Part shown: in pieces, positions 20,324 to 28,531 of the stretch | How the letters are laid out: every line of letters starts with the position of its first letter | Numbering within the stretch: position 1 is the stretch's first letter | Source of the DNA: Planctomycetota bacterium | Lineage (GTDB): Bacteria > Planctomycetota > UBA8108 > SXIK01 | Reading direction: 5' to 3' | Length of the DNA: 64,000 nucleotides | Assembly: GCA_965223265.1 (NCBI GenBank) | Contig: OZ244999.1 | Coordinates: forward strand, 3,808,001 to 3,872,000 | The notes under the pieces: generated by a model | What the model saw: only the letters and a program-made list of their open reading frames with translations | Told to the model about the DNA's origin: nothing | Databases searched by the model: none | Translations under genes and position numbers: made by a program

Positions 20324-21393
20324 ATCAAGATCCGGCCGCGGAACTTGGCCCGCTGCTCGACACCTTCGGCAGCGATTCTGAGTTTCACCGCTTCGAGGCG
20401 GATGGCATGGGGACGCGGCTCGTTTTTCTACTGCGGGGCGCTCTCGACGATGACTTGCGCGCCGCTGTGGACGAGGGCCGGCTGCTCTTCACGCAGCTCG
20501 AGGATCGGCTATCAAAATTCCTGCCCGACAGCGAGCTCGCCCTGGTCAACCAGTTCGCGGCTCAGCGCGACGTGCCGGTCGGGCGCGACCTAATAGAGCT
20601 CACCTCCAAAGCAAAGGAGGCGTGGTCCATCACCGGCGGTGCATTCGACCCAACGGTCGGCCCTCTCCTCGAAGCGTGGGGGTTCGTCGACATGGAGGCA
20701 GGTAGGAGGCCGTCAGCATCAGTGGCGGCATCCTTGCGGGAGGTCTGTGGCATGCATCACGTCGGCGTGGATGTTGAGGCGCAGACGCTGCGTTTCGATC
20801 AACCGGGCGTTTCTTTAGATCTCGGCGGCATCGGCAAAGGTTACGCGGCCGATCTTTTAGCGAGGCACTTTCAGACGCGCGGAGTCGCGCAAGGTGTGAT
20901 CATCTGCGGTCGCTCCAGCGTCATTCTGTGGGGACCACCGTCGGCACCGGCGGGCAGTCCAGCGAATGAATGGCACTTCGCGGTAGTGCATCCGCTCGAG
21001 CCGCGGGAATTCATCGCCGAGCTGGCCTGCGGTTCAGGTGCGGTCTCATCGTCGGGGGCCTATGAGAGAGCGCTGAAGATCGGAGAGCACACGCTCGGTC
21101 ATGTGTTCGATCCTCGTTCGGGTGAGCCGGCAGTGAGCAGCGTCTTGAGCGCGACCGTTTGGAGCGAAGATGCCTTGCTCGGCGACGTCCTGTCGACGTC
21201 ACTCTTCGTCCTCGGTCCGGCCGCGCTGGAGCCCGGCGGCGTCGTGGAAAGTCTGGCGCGGGCTTGGTCGAACGACGGCAACGCCGCTGTGGGAGCGTTT
21301 CTGGTCCTCGCTGACACCAGCCGCTGGGGCGGCATTCGGTGCGAAGCGTACGACGTGGGGACCGCGCCGTTTCGCGTCGTGAAGGCGCCGTGA
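20320..21393 (+). CDS. apbE: FAD:protein FMN transferase ApbE
   Basis: MGT, SELALVN, GAFDPTVGPL..AWGF, LDLGGIGKGYAAD, SSSGAYER, HVFDPRSG, DVLSTSLFVLG. Confidence 0.95.
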   Translation: MNQDPAAELGPLLDTFGSDSEFHRFEADGMGTRLVFLLRGALDDDLRAAVDEGRLLFTQLEDRLSKFLPDSELALVNQFAAQRDVPVGRDLIELTSKAKEAWSITGGAFDPTVGPLLEAWGFVDMEAGRRPSASVAASLREVCGMHHVGVDVEAQTLRFDQPGVSLDLGGIGKGYAADLLARHFQTRGVAQGVIICGRSSVILWGPPSAPAGSPANEWHFAVVHPLEPREFIAELACGSGAVSSSGAYERALKIGEHTLGHVFDPRSGEPAVSSVLSATVWSEDALLGDVLSTSLFVLGPAALEPGGVVESLARAWSNDGNAAVGAFLVLADTSRWGGIRCEAYDVGTAPFRVVKAP

Positions 21394-21656
21394 CGGCGTC
21401 AGGGCGCATTGAAGAAGGCGGCGACTTGGCCCCACGCGACCTAGCGGTGTCGTTGCCTCGCACCCGGCGGCAGGTTATGATCGTGACTCGGGCGAGATGA
21501 ACGGTTGAGAACGTACTCGTTCCCAGAAATCATTCGGAGCTCGTGGGCACAGCGGACATCGCGGCCCGACGGCGCCCGGCAGCAGCGGTTGCCGAGACAC
21601 GACTGCCGAGAACACAAGCTGAGGACACAAGCAGCCCCCTGGCATCGGAAAGAACT

Positions 21657-23234
21657 ATGGCATACACAGAGTCGACGGGTCTCGATCGTCGTGATTTCAT
21701 TGGTGGCGCGTTCTTGACGACCGCCGGCGCGGTAACCGCCGGAATCTCCCGGTACCAGTGGGGAAAACGGGAGCCAGAGGCTGTTCAGGACGTTTCCCAG
21801 CGCGAGAACAATCCTGTTCGACTCGGATTCATCGGGGTCGGGAGACGAGGCGGCGCCCTCCTTCGCAGCGGCGTCTTGGTCCCCGGGAATGAAGTCGTCG
21901 CGGTGTGTGACATTCAACGTGCCGCACAAAACGCTGCCGAGAAAAACGTCCAGGGCGAATACTCCAAGAAGAACCGGACCGCTAAGATCCAGCGTTACGA
22001 CGACTACCGGCGACTTCTCGACGATAAGTCGGTCGAAGCGGTTTTTATTGCGACACCGCAGTACCTCCATGGGCCGATGGCGCTCGACGCCCTTGAGGCT
22101 GGAAAGCACGTCTACTGTGAGAAGGCGATGGCGCTGACGATCGGCGAGAACCGCGATATCGTGCGTATGGTCAACGCGCGTGAGGATCAAGTGTTTCAGG
22201 TGGGGCACCAGCGCCACTACTCGCCTCTCTACCGCAAGATCGTCGAAATGGTGCACAGCGATCAGATCGGCAATGTCGCCGGCTTCCGTGCGCAGTGGAA
22301 CCGCAACGACATGGTGCGCCGCCCGGCAGAAAAGCCAGAGCTGGAAAAAGTCATCAACTGGCGTCTCTACAAAGAGCTTTCCGGCGGACTCACCACCGAG
22401 TTTGCCAGCCACCAGATCGACGTCTGCAACTGGACGCTTGGCACGCATCCAGACTCGGTCTGCGGCTTTGGCGGGATCGATTGGTATCAAGACGGTCGCG
22501 ACACAGAGGACAACATCCACCTCATCTTCAATTACCGCGTACCGGTCGTCAAACGCGACCCATACGGCCGACCGATGACGGTCAATGGAAAGGCACAGAA
22601 GGACGATCCGAAGGCGTCACTGGCCTATGAGACGAAGGATGGCGAGGTCGTTCGCCGAGATGTGCGCTTTACCTACAACTCGATTATGCAAAACGCACAC
22701 CTCGGACCATCGGAGATGATCTTTGGCCAGTACGGCACCCTGGAGGTCTCGCTCCAAGGCGCCGAGTTCTTCAAGGAGAAGAAGGCACGAGTCGACCCCA
22801 ACCGCGTCGCTGAGGGAACCAATCCGCGCCGCTCGCTTCAAAAGCGAATTCTCACGACGGGCACATCGGTCGATCCAACAACGGCCGGACTGACGCGAAA
22901 GAAGGGCAAGCCGGTGGTGGGGGAGACCCGCGAGGATGAACGCTGGGTGGAGAACGCCGGCGATGTCGCCGGCGCCTACGACAAGCACGAGACCATGCTG
23001 GCAATCGACGGCTTCCTCCAGCGCATCAGGGAAGTGCGATCCGGCGACACCTCGAAACGCAACGACGTGCAAAACAACGCTAACGTCGTTTGGGGACTGT
23101 GGGGCGCGGTCCCAGCACTGATGGCCAACATCGCCATGCGTGACCAACGCATCGTGCGCTGGGATGAGTTCTTCCCAGAAGAGCGCGACGCGCCGCAGTT
23201 CATCGACAACACCGGCGTGTTGCGGACGACGTAG
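21657..23234 (+). CDS. Tat-signal Gfo/Idh/MocA NAD(P)-dependent oxidoreductase
   Basis: LDRRDFIG twin-arginine motif; GFIGVGRRG; IATP..LH; HVYCEKAM; QVGHQR; NWRLY..SGGL.TE..SHQID. Confidence 0.92.
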   Translation: MAYTESTGLDRRDFIGGAFLTTAGAVTAGISRYQWGKREPEAVQDVSQRENNPVRLGFIGVGRRGGALLRSGVLVPGNEVVAVCDIQRAAQNAAEKNVQGEYSKKNRTAKIQRYDDYRRLLDDKSVEAVFIATPQYLHGPMALDALEAGKHVYCEKAMALTIGENRDIVRMVNAREDQVFQVGHQRHYSPLYRKIVEMVHSDQIGNVAGFRAQWNRNDMVRRPAEKPELEKVINWRLYKELSGGLTTEFASHQIDVCNWTLGTHPDSVCGFGGIDWYQDGRDTEDNIHLIFNYRVPVVKRDPYGRPMTVNGKAQKDDPKASLAYETKDGEVVRRDVRFTYNSIMQNAHLGPSEMIFGQYGTLEVSLQGAEFFKEKKARVDPNRVAEGTNPRRSLQKRILTTGTSVDPTTAGLTRKKGKPVVGETREDERWVENAGDVAGAYDKHETMLAIDGFLQRIREVRSGDTSKRNDVQNNANVVWGLWGAVPALMANIAMRDQRIVRWDEFFPEERDAPQFIDNTGVLRTT

Positions 23235-23469
23235 GCGCGCGTTGCACGACGGAAGACACGCCCCTGCGCGCGGACTCATTTCATGACCCGCACCGGTTGA
23301 AAGATCACTGGCTGATTTACCGCGCACGATCCAATGCCCGGGCCGCCATAGTGATTGCCCGATGAAAACCCGAGACAAAGCGTCCAGATGCGTGTGATCG
23401 CGGGAAAGTGTCCCTGTGGCGCGTCAGTGAAGACCACCCAAGAAAGTGCCAGCACACTGAAAGCGCGGA

Positions 23470-24072
23470 CTAGCGGGCAAGCAACTCGAAGAACCCCGCG
23501 TTGCGCGTGACGCGCTGTGGATCGACCTCAAGCTGCGCTGCGACGATCTGCCGGACGCACTGCCAGCATTCGCCCTCACGCCATTGTCGCTGCAGTCGTT
23601 CGTGGTTCAGGGCGGCCGTTTTCTCGGCGAGCTGACCGAAGGTGTCGCTGGCGCGAAAAGCTGGAAGGGCGAACGGCAAAACCCTCGCAAGTTGGCGCCA
23701 CGCCCGCCGGCGCCCAGTCGCAGGCAACAGACGGTCGATGGGAGTCGACGGCATGATCCGCGCTCCCAGAGCGCTCAAATTACGCTCGAACTCCTCGCGC
23801 AGACGGTAGAAACAGTGGCGCGTCATGCACACGGCGGCCATCCGGCGAGAGAGCTGCTTCCAAACGTGGTCGTACAGTTCGCCCACTGTGCGAAGGCGTT
23901 CAGCGTCATCGTCGCGAACAGTGACACCAAACGTCTCTTCGATTTCCATCGCAAGCTCGACAAGTGAAAGGTCGTCAATGCACGCCGGGGGCAGACGAAC
24001 GACGAGGCGCGCCACCACGAGCGTCATCGCGACGAGTGCCAAAGCCAGCAGCAGGAACTCTGGTGTCGTCAT
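23470..24072 (-). CDS. Membrane-anchored ACP-like protein (circularly permuted)
   Basis: N-terminal TM, then LVELAMEIEETFGV...DDDAERLRTVGEL (ACP helices II-IV). C-terminal VRQIVAAQLEVDPQRVTRNAGF (ACP helix I). Confidence 0.75.
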   Translation of the reverse strand: MTTPEFLLLALALVAMTLVVARLVVRLPPACIDDLSLVELAMEIEETFGVTVRDDDAERLRTVGELYDHVWKQLSRRMAAVCMTRHCFYRLREEFERNLSALGARIMPSTPIDRLLPATGRRRAWRQLARVLPFALPAFRASDTFGQLAEKTAALNHERLQRQWREGECWQCVRQIVAAQLEVDPQRVTRNAGFFELLAR

Positions 24073-24280
24073 GGTGGGGGCGTCAGCTCGAGGGGTCGAA
24101 TTCGCACGGTCAGCGCGTGCCCAATCAGCTCATGCAACGAAAAACCGAGGGAGTGCCCGATCTCCGCTCCGCCCGCCGACGAAGACGATTCACACAAGTC
24201 CAACATCTCTCGCTGCATTTTCTATGCAACCTACACAGAGCGAGCGAGGAAGAATCCGGCCACTCCGGCGAGCACAACGT

Positions 24281-25408
24281 CTACTTGCCGTCAACCTCTT
24301 CGTCGTCGTCGGTCGGCGGCGGAGTCTCCAAAGCACGCTGCGCAGCCTCTTCCAAACGCGTCGCCGGATCAGCGGCGATGACCTGCTCAAACACGTGGCT
24401 GAGCTGCCACTCCTCGAGGTGCCCCGAACGCCAAAAGAGCGGCATGCCGCTCGAATCAACGATGATCGTACAGGGAAAGTAGAGCTGGAAAACGCCTGGG
24501 TTCTTCGCGCCCTCTTGCTCCGCCGTATGAATCGCCATGAGCTGACGCTCCACGGCTAAGTAAGCAGAACGATCGAGGAGGGCGAAACCGTCCGCGGGGA
24601 TGCCGATTCCCGCCGCATAATCCGTCGTCACACGTACGACGTCTGACTCGTCCGCAGCTCCCTCATAAAAGAGAACTGCAGGCTCGATGCGGCCCGAGAC
24701 CTGCGGCCGCGCCAAGACGGCCGCGATCGACTGCCACTGTTTGGGACAGCCATCGTGCAGCGTACGAGTCAACACCACGACACTGAGCGTCGATTGGGGG
24801 ACGACTTGAGCGCCACCACCCGGCGCAGAAAATGGACCGATCGCTCCAACGTCGGCTGCACGACACGCGGCCAGTCGCTGCGCCGCTTCAGCGCTAAAGC
24901 TCTTCTCGAGACGTGCGGCAAGCTTCGCCTCAAGCGCAGAGACCATCTCCTCGTATTTGACGCGATATTCGGCATCGGCTTTGATGCGCGCCAATTGATC
25001 CGCGTTGCGAATGCCCTGAAGATTCTCGTAGCCGTAGTCGATCGCCTTCTTCAGGCTGTCGAAGACTTCCTGAGCCTTCGCGCCGTCCTGGCCGAGCGAC
25101 AGCGTCTTGTACCACTGTCCATAGCGCTTGAGTCTCGCCTGGTTGTTCGCCTCGCCTGCCTTCAGCGTGGCATTCGCCAAACCGCGCACGCGCTCCCATT
25201 GATTCGTTTGCTGAAAGCGCCCTAAAAACCGCAGCGCCCGCCCGGGCGCCCAGGTCTCGTCTTCGAATTCTATAGCAACCGGCTGCTGCGCCGTCGCGGC
25301 TTGCGGCAAACCGAACCAGAGGGCGCTCAAAAACACCGGCAGGGACAGGAGTCTTCGTGGGTCAAACATCGCGGGCAACCTCGTCAGACCTTGCAGCGGA
25401 AAAGACAT
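24281..25408 (-). CDS. Exported hypothetical protein, TPR-like plus degenerate thioredoxin-like domain
   Basis: Signal peptide ending ATA-QQ; LKKAIDYGY TPR-end-like motif; HDGCP; FPCTIIVDSSG. Confidence 0.6.
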   Translation of the reverse strand: MSFPLQGLTRLPAMFDPRRLLSLPVFLSALWFGLPQAATAQQPVAIEFEDETWAPGRALRFLGRFQQTNQWERVRGLANATLKAGEANNQARLKRYGQWYKTLSLGQDGAKAQEVFDSLKKAIDYGYENLQGIRNADQLARIKADAEYRVKYEEMVSALEAKLAARLEKSFSAEAAQRLAACRAADVGAIGPFSAPGGGAQVVPQSTLSVVVLTRTLHDGCPKQWQSIAAVLARPQVSGRIEPAVLFYEGAADESDVVRVTTDYAAGIGIPADGFALLDRSAYLAVERQLMAIHTAEQEGAKNPGVFQLYFPCTIIVDSSGMPLFWRSGHLEEWQLSHVFEQVIAADPATRLEEAAQRALETPPPTDDDEEVDGK

Positions 25409-25507
25409 CGCGAGGGAAACGAGTATAGACGACCCTCCGGCTCGGACAACCCTTAGAAAACAGCTGCGAAAGGCAACCCATGGAACCGTGCACAGAAAAT
25501 CATCTGC

Positions 25508-25559
25508 TGACTAAAATATATGCAACCGCTGCATATCTTAAGTGCATCCATAGAGTGCA
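25508..25559. promoter_or_regulatory. NtrC-like enhancer boxes
   Basis: TGCAT-N7-GTGCA at 25530-25546 and 25543-25559, weaker TGACT-N7-ATGCA at 25508-25524. NtrC consensus is TGCAC-N7-GTGCA. Upstream of glnK-amtB. Confidence 0.7.
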
Positions 25560-25644
25560 CAGCCGGCGCACACCAAATTCATACAGCCTTAAGATATTTA
25601 CAATAGACATCTTAGGAGATCGCGAGAACGCTCTTGCTCAACTG

Positions 25645-25660
25645 TGGCAGGCTGTTTGTT
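25645..25660 (+). promoter_or_regulatory. sigma54 (-24/-12) promoter candidate
   Basis: TGGCAGGCTGTTTGTT: GG-N10-GT spacing, about 90-100 bp downstream of the NtrC boxes, with an AT-rich IHF-like tract between. Confidence 0.6.
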
Positions 25661-25758
25661 AAGTCACGAATGGAGCGCCCGCAGGCGCGGGTGAGTTCGA
25701 ATCGGCGCATTGAAGAAGCGCTACCAACCCAAGCAGGAGAGACGCAAGGCACGCCCCC

Positions 25759-26106
25759 ATGAAGCTAATCACCGCCATTGTACGCCCCACCCGACTCGAG
25801 GCGATCAAAGAGAGCCTCGCCGAATCAGGATTTCACGGCCTCACTGTCTCCGACGTCATGGGTGCGGGACGGCAACGCGGCCACACCGAAATCTATCGCG
25901 GACACGAATACCACGTCGACCTGCAGCAGAAAGTGAAGCTCGAGATCGCCGTCCCGGACGATCGAGTCGACTTGGTGACCTCGCTCGTCGCGGAGCACGC
26001 CCGCTCACACCCCGACGGCAAAATCGGCGACGGCAAAGTATTCGTCGTGCCACTAGAAAACGTCGTCCGCGTCCGAACCGGCGAGAAAGGGGAAGTTGCC
26101 GTTTAA
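25759..26106 (+). CDS. glnK: P-II nitrogen regulatory protein
   Basis: MKLITAIVRP, G.GRQRGHTEIYRGHEY T-loop, GKIGDGKVFV..RVRTGE; directly upstream of amtB. Confidence 0.96.
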   Translation: MKLITAIVRPTRLEAIKESLAESGFHGLTVSDVMGAGRQRGHTEIYRGHEYHVDLQQKVKLEIAVPDDRVDLVTSLVAEHARSHPDGKIGDGKVFVVPLENVVRVRTGEKGEVAV

Positions 26107-26264
26107 CAGCCCGTTGAAAAAGTCATTCGGTCGAGAAACCGGCCTCTTCACGCCCAGCTCGACCGCGTCAATACTCGAAAATCTCGGAGATTACCTGCGT
26201 TTGCCGCGGCCGATCTGGACGCGAAGAGACCAGTTTTCGGCTCGAAGCACTTTTTAAACAGGCT
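26107..26264 (+). mobile_element. Palindromic MITE, full-length copy inserted right after the glnK stop codon
   Basis: Ends CAGCCCGTTGAAAAAG...CTTTTTAAACAGGCT; closely similar to 53025-53183. Confidence 0.9.
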
Positions 26265-26340
26265 TAAACCTTCTGAGCTTGCGACGTCTCGACTGTAGCT
26301 CGCCCCACAACAACCAGCCCATTTTGAAAGGAATGACTCC

Positions 26341-27756
26341 ATGATGTCCTGCCGTTGGACCTTCCCGGCCATCGCCCTCTCACTCGCCCCCTCCACGCTC
26401 TTGGCACAGGAAGAGACCTCAGTCGCGGCGCTCGACGATGTGAACGCACTGTGGACTTGCCTCGCTGCGTTCCTGGTCTTCTTCATGCAAGCGGGATTCG
26501 CACTCGTCGAAGCCGGCCTGACCCGCGCCAAGAACGTCTGCAACATCATCATGAAGAACCTCATGGACTTCTCGGTGGGGTCGCTTCTCTTTTGGGCTGT
26601 CGGCTTCGGACTTATGTTCGGAGCGTCCGGCGGATTGTTCGGCACCAACGGTTTCTTCTTCGACCCAAGCGTCGACAACCTCGGCAGCGAGCAAAGCGTC
26701 GGCTTCAGCTGGGCGTTCCTGATCTTCCAGACAGTGTTCTGCGCTACAGCAGCGACGATCGTTAGCGGCGCCATGGCAGAACGCACGAAGTTCACGGCCT
26801 ATTTGGTCTACTCTGCCCTCATCACCGTCATCGTCTACCCGATCTTTGGCAGCTGGGCGTGGGGTGGACTCTACGCTGGCGGTGGCTGGCTCGAAAGCAT
26901 GAGCTGGCTCGGCGAAGGTGTCGGGTTCTACGACTTCGCCGGCTCGACGGTCGTCCACTCGGTCGGTGCGTGGGCGGCGCTGGCCGGTGCGCTCGTCCTC
27001 GGGCCACGCCTTGGCAAGTTTCGCAGCGGCAAATCTCAGCCAGTTCCGGGTCACAGCATTCCAATGGCCGCGCTCGGTGTCTTCATTCTCTGGCTGGGCT
27101 GGTTCGGGTTCAACCCTGGCAGCACCACAGCCGTCGGCGGAGGCAGCTTCGCATTCATCGCGGTGACGACAAACATCGCCGCAGCCGCCGGGGCCGTTGG
27201 CGCCATGCTCGCTTCGTGGATCCTGTTCAAAAAGCCGGACGTTTCCTTCACATTGAACGGCGCCCTCGCAGGACTCGTCTCCATCACGGCGGGATGCGAT
27301 GCTATGAGTGTGCCATTCGCCGCGACGACCGGCCTGCTTGCGGGCGTCATTGTCGTCTTGGCTGTCCTTTTCTTTGAGCGCATCAAGATCGACGATCCCA
27401 TTGGTGCAGTGTCCGTGCACGGCGTGTGCGGCGCCTGGGGCACGCTCGCGGTGGGGCTCTTCAAGGCCGAGGGAGGTCTTTTCACCGGTGGCGGTACGAC
27501 GCAGCTGGTGGCGCAATCGATTGGTGTCGCGGCAGCGTTCGCCTGGGCTTTCCCCGTCAGTCTGGGAATCTTCTACGCCATCAAGGTGACGATCGGTCTT
27601 CGCGTCTCAGCAGAAGAAGAAGCGCGTGGACTGGACGTCACCGAACACGGCATGGAGGCGTACCCGCGCGACACGCTCACTTCACCGCTCGGGGGCACAT
27701 CGGCGCCGAGACCGAGCGTGGTGGTCAATCCAAATCCCGCGACAAGCCAGGGATAA
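26341..27756 (+). CDS. amtB: Ammonium transporter
   Basis: FFMQAGFALVEAG, ATIVSGAMAER, DFAGSTVVH, WLGWFGFNPGS, NGALAGLV, DDPIGAVSVHG. Confidence 0.98.
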   Translation: MMSCRWTFPAIALSLAPSTLLAQEETSVAALDDVNALWTCLAAFLVFFMQAGFALVEAGLTRAKNVCNIIMKNLMDFSVGSLLFWAVGFGLMFGASGGLFGTNGFFFDPSVDNLGSEQSVGFSWAFLIFQTVFCATAATIVSGAMAERTKFTAYLVYSALITVIVYPIFGSWAWGGLYAGGGWLESMSWLGEGVGFYDFAGSTVVHSVGAWAALAGALVLGPRLGKFRSGKSQPVPGHSIPMAALGVFILWLGWFGFNPGSTTAVGGGSFAFIAVTTNIAAAAGAVGAMLASWILFKKPDVSFTLNGALAGLVSITAGCDAMSVPFAATTGLLAGVIVVLAVLFFERIKIDDPIGAVSVHGVCGAWGTLAVGLFKAEGGLFTGGGTTQLVAQSIGVAAAFAWAFPVSLGIFYAIKVTIGLRVSAEEEARGLDVTEHGMEAYPRDTLTSPLGGTSAPRPSVVVNPNPATSQG

Positions 27757-27825
27757 CAGCCTGTTGAACGAGGTGCTTCGCGTCGAAAACTGGTCTCTCG
27801 TCCGAATGACCTTTTCAACAGACTG
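27757..27825 (-). mobile_element. Internally deleted MITE copy (69 bp) right after the amtB stop codon
   Basis: CAGCCTGTTGAAC...CTTTTCAACAGACTG, flanked by ATAA/ATAG. Confidence 0.85.
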
Positions 27826-27879
27826 ATAGACGACGTTTCGAGGTATTCGTTACCCTCTCATGAAGTCCTTCACAGGGCT

Positions 27880-27923
27880 GAGGTCAGCTTGCCCTCTCGG
27901 ACGCGAGCTGACCTCTTTCTTTC
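27880..27923 (+). terminator. Intrinsic terminator after amtB
   Basis: GAGGTCAGCT...AGCTGACCTC stem followed by TTTCTTTC. Confidence 0.7.
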
Positions 27924-28034
27924 ATTCATCGCCGCTGCGCAACGTTTCGAGGATCGCAAAAAACGAAACGACTGACCGGTCCGCCGCCGGCTTCACCCAT
28001 GCAGAGTTATCGGAAGCTGCTCGACGAAAACCAC

Positions 28035-28064
28035 TTGCCCCTCACTACGCCTGCTCGCTATAGT
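28035..28064 (+). promoter_or_regulatory. Putative sigma70 promoter for the porin gene
   Basis: TTGCCC-N18-TATAGT. Confidence 0.4.
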
Positions 28065-28531
28065 GTCGCTCTCTTCCATCGCGGGTGGAATTGCGGTGGA
28101 AGAAGAAGAGAAGAAGCGCAAGCCGAAGAGAACATGCGACGCCGCGCGGTGCGCGATGGTCGCGACACGCGTATCGACCAGTAGTGGAACGAGACGAGAT
28201 GAGGGGACGGCAAAGCGCTCACAGCGTAAGTCTATTCGCTCGGTCTGGAAGAGACAGCGGCGGGGGGAACTCTCCCGACTTCGGGGAGACACTCGAGGCG
28301 TGAATCACCAACGCGGGACGCGAGCCAGGTGTTTCACATGCGATTTAGCTCATGGGAGGTGTGATCACAGTAGAAGCATTCGTTCCTGGCACCGTGACGG
28401 AGGCGCAGACCGGCCAAGGACTGCGTCGAGGCTTCGGCTCACAGAGTGCACAAGGGAAAGACTAAGCGTGGGACCGACTCTTTCGGTCAAACGGTGGGAC
28501 AAGATTCACACTTCGATAGGAGACCTCGTAC

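Noticed and set aside
28378-28440. glnA glutamine riboswitch (CGTTC...GACGGAGG)
   Set aside because: The closing GAAGGAACG strand needed for P1 is missing.
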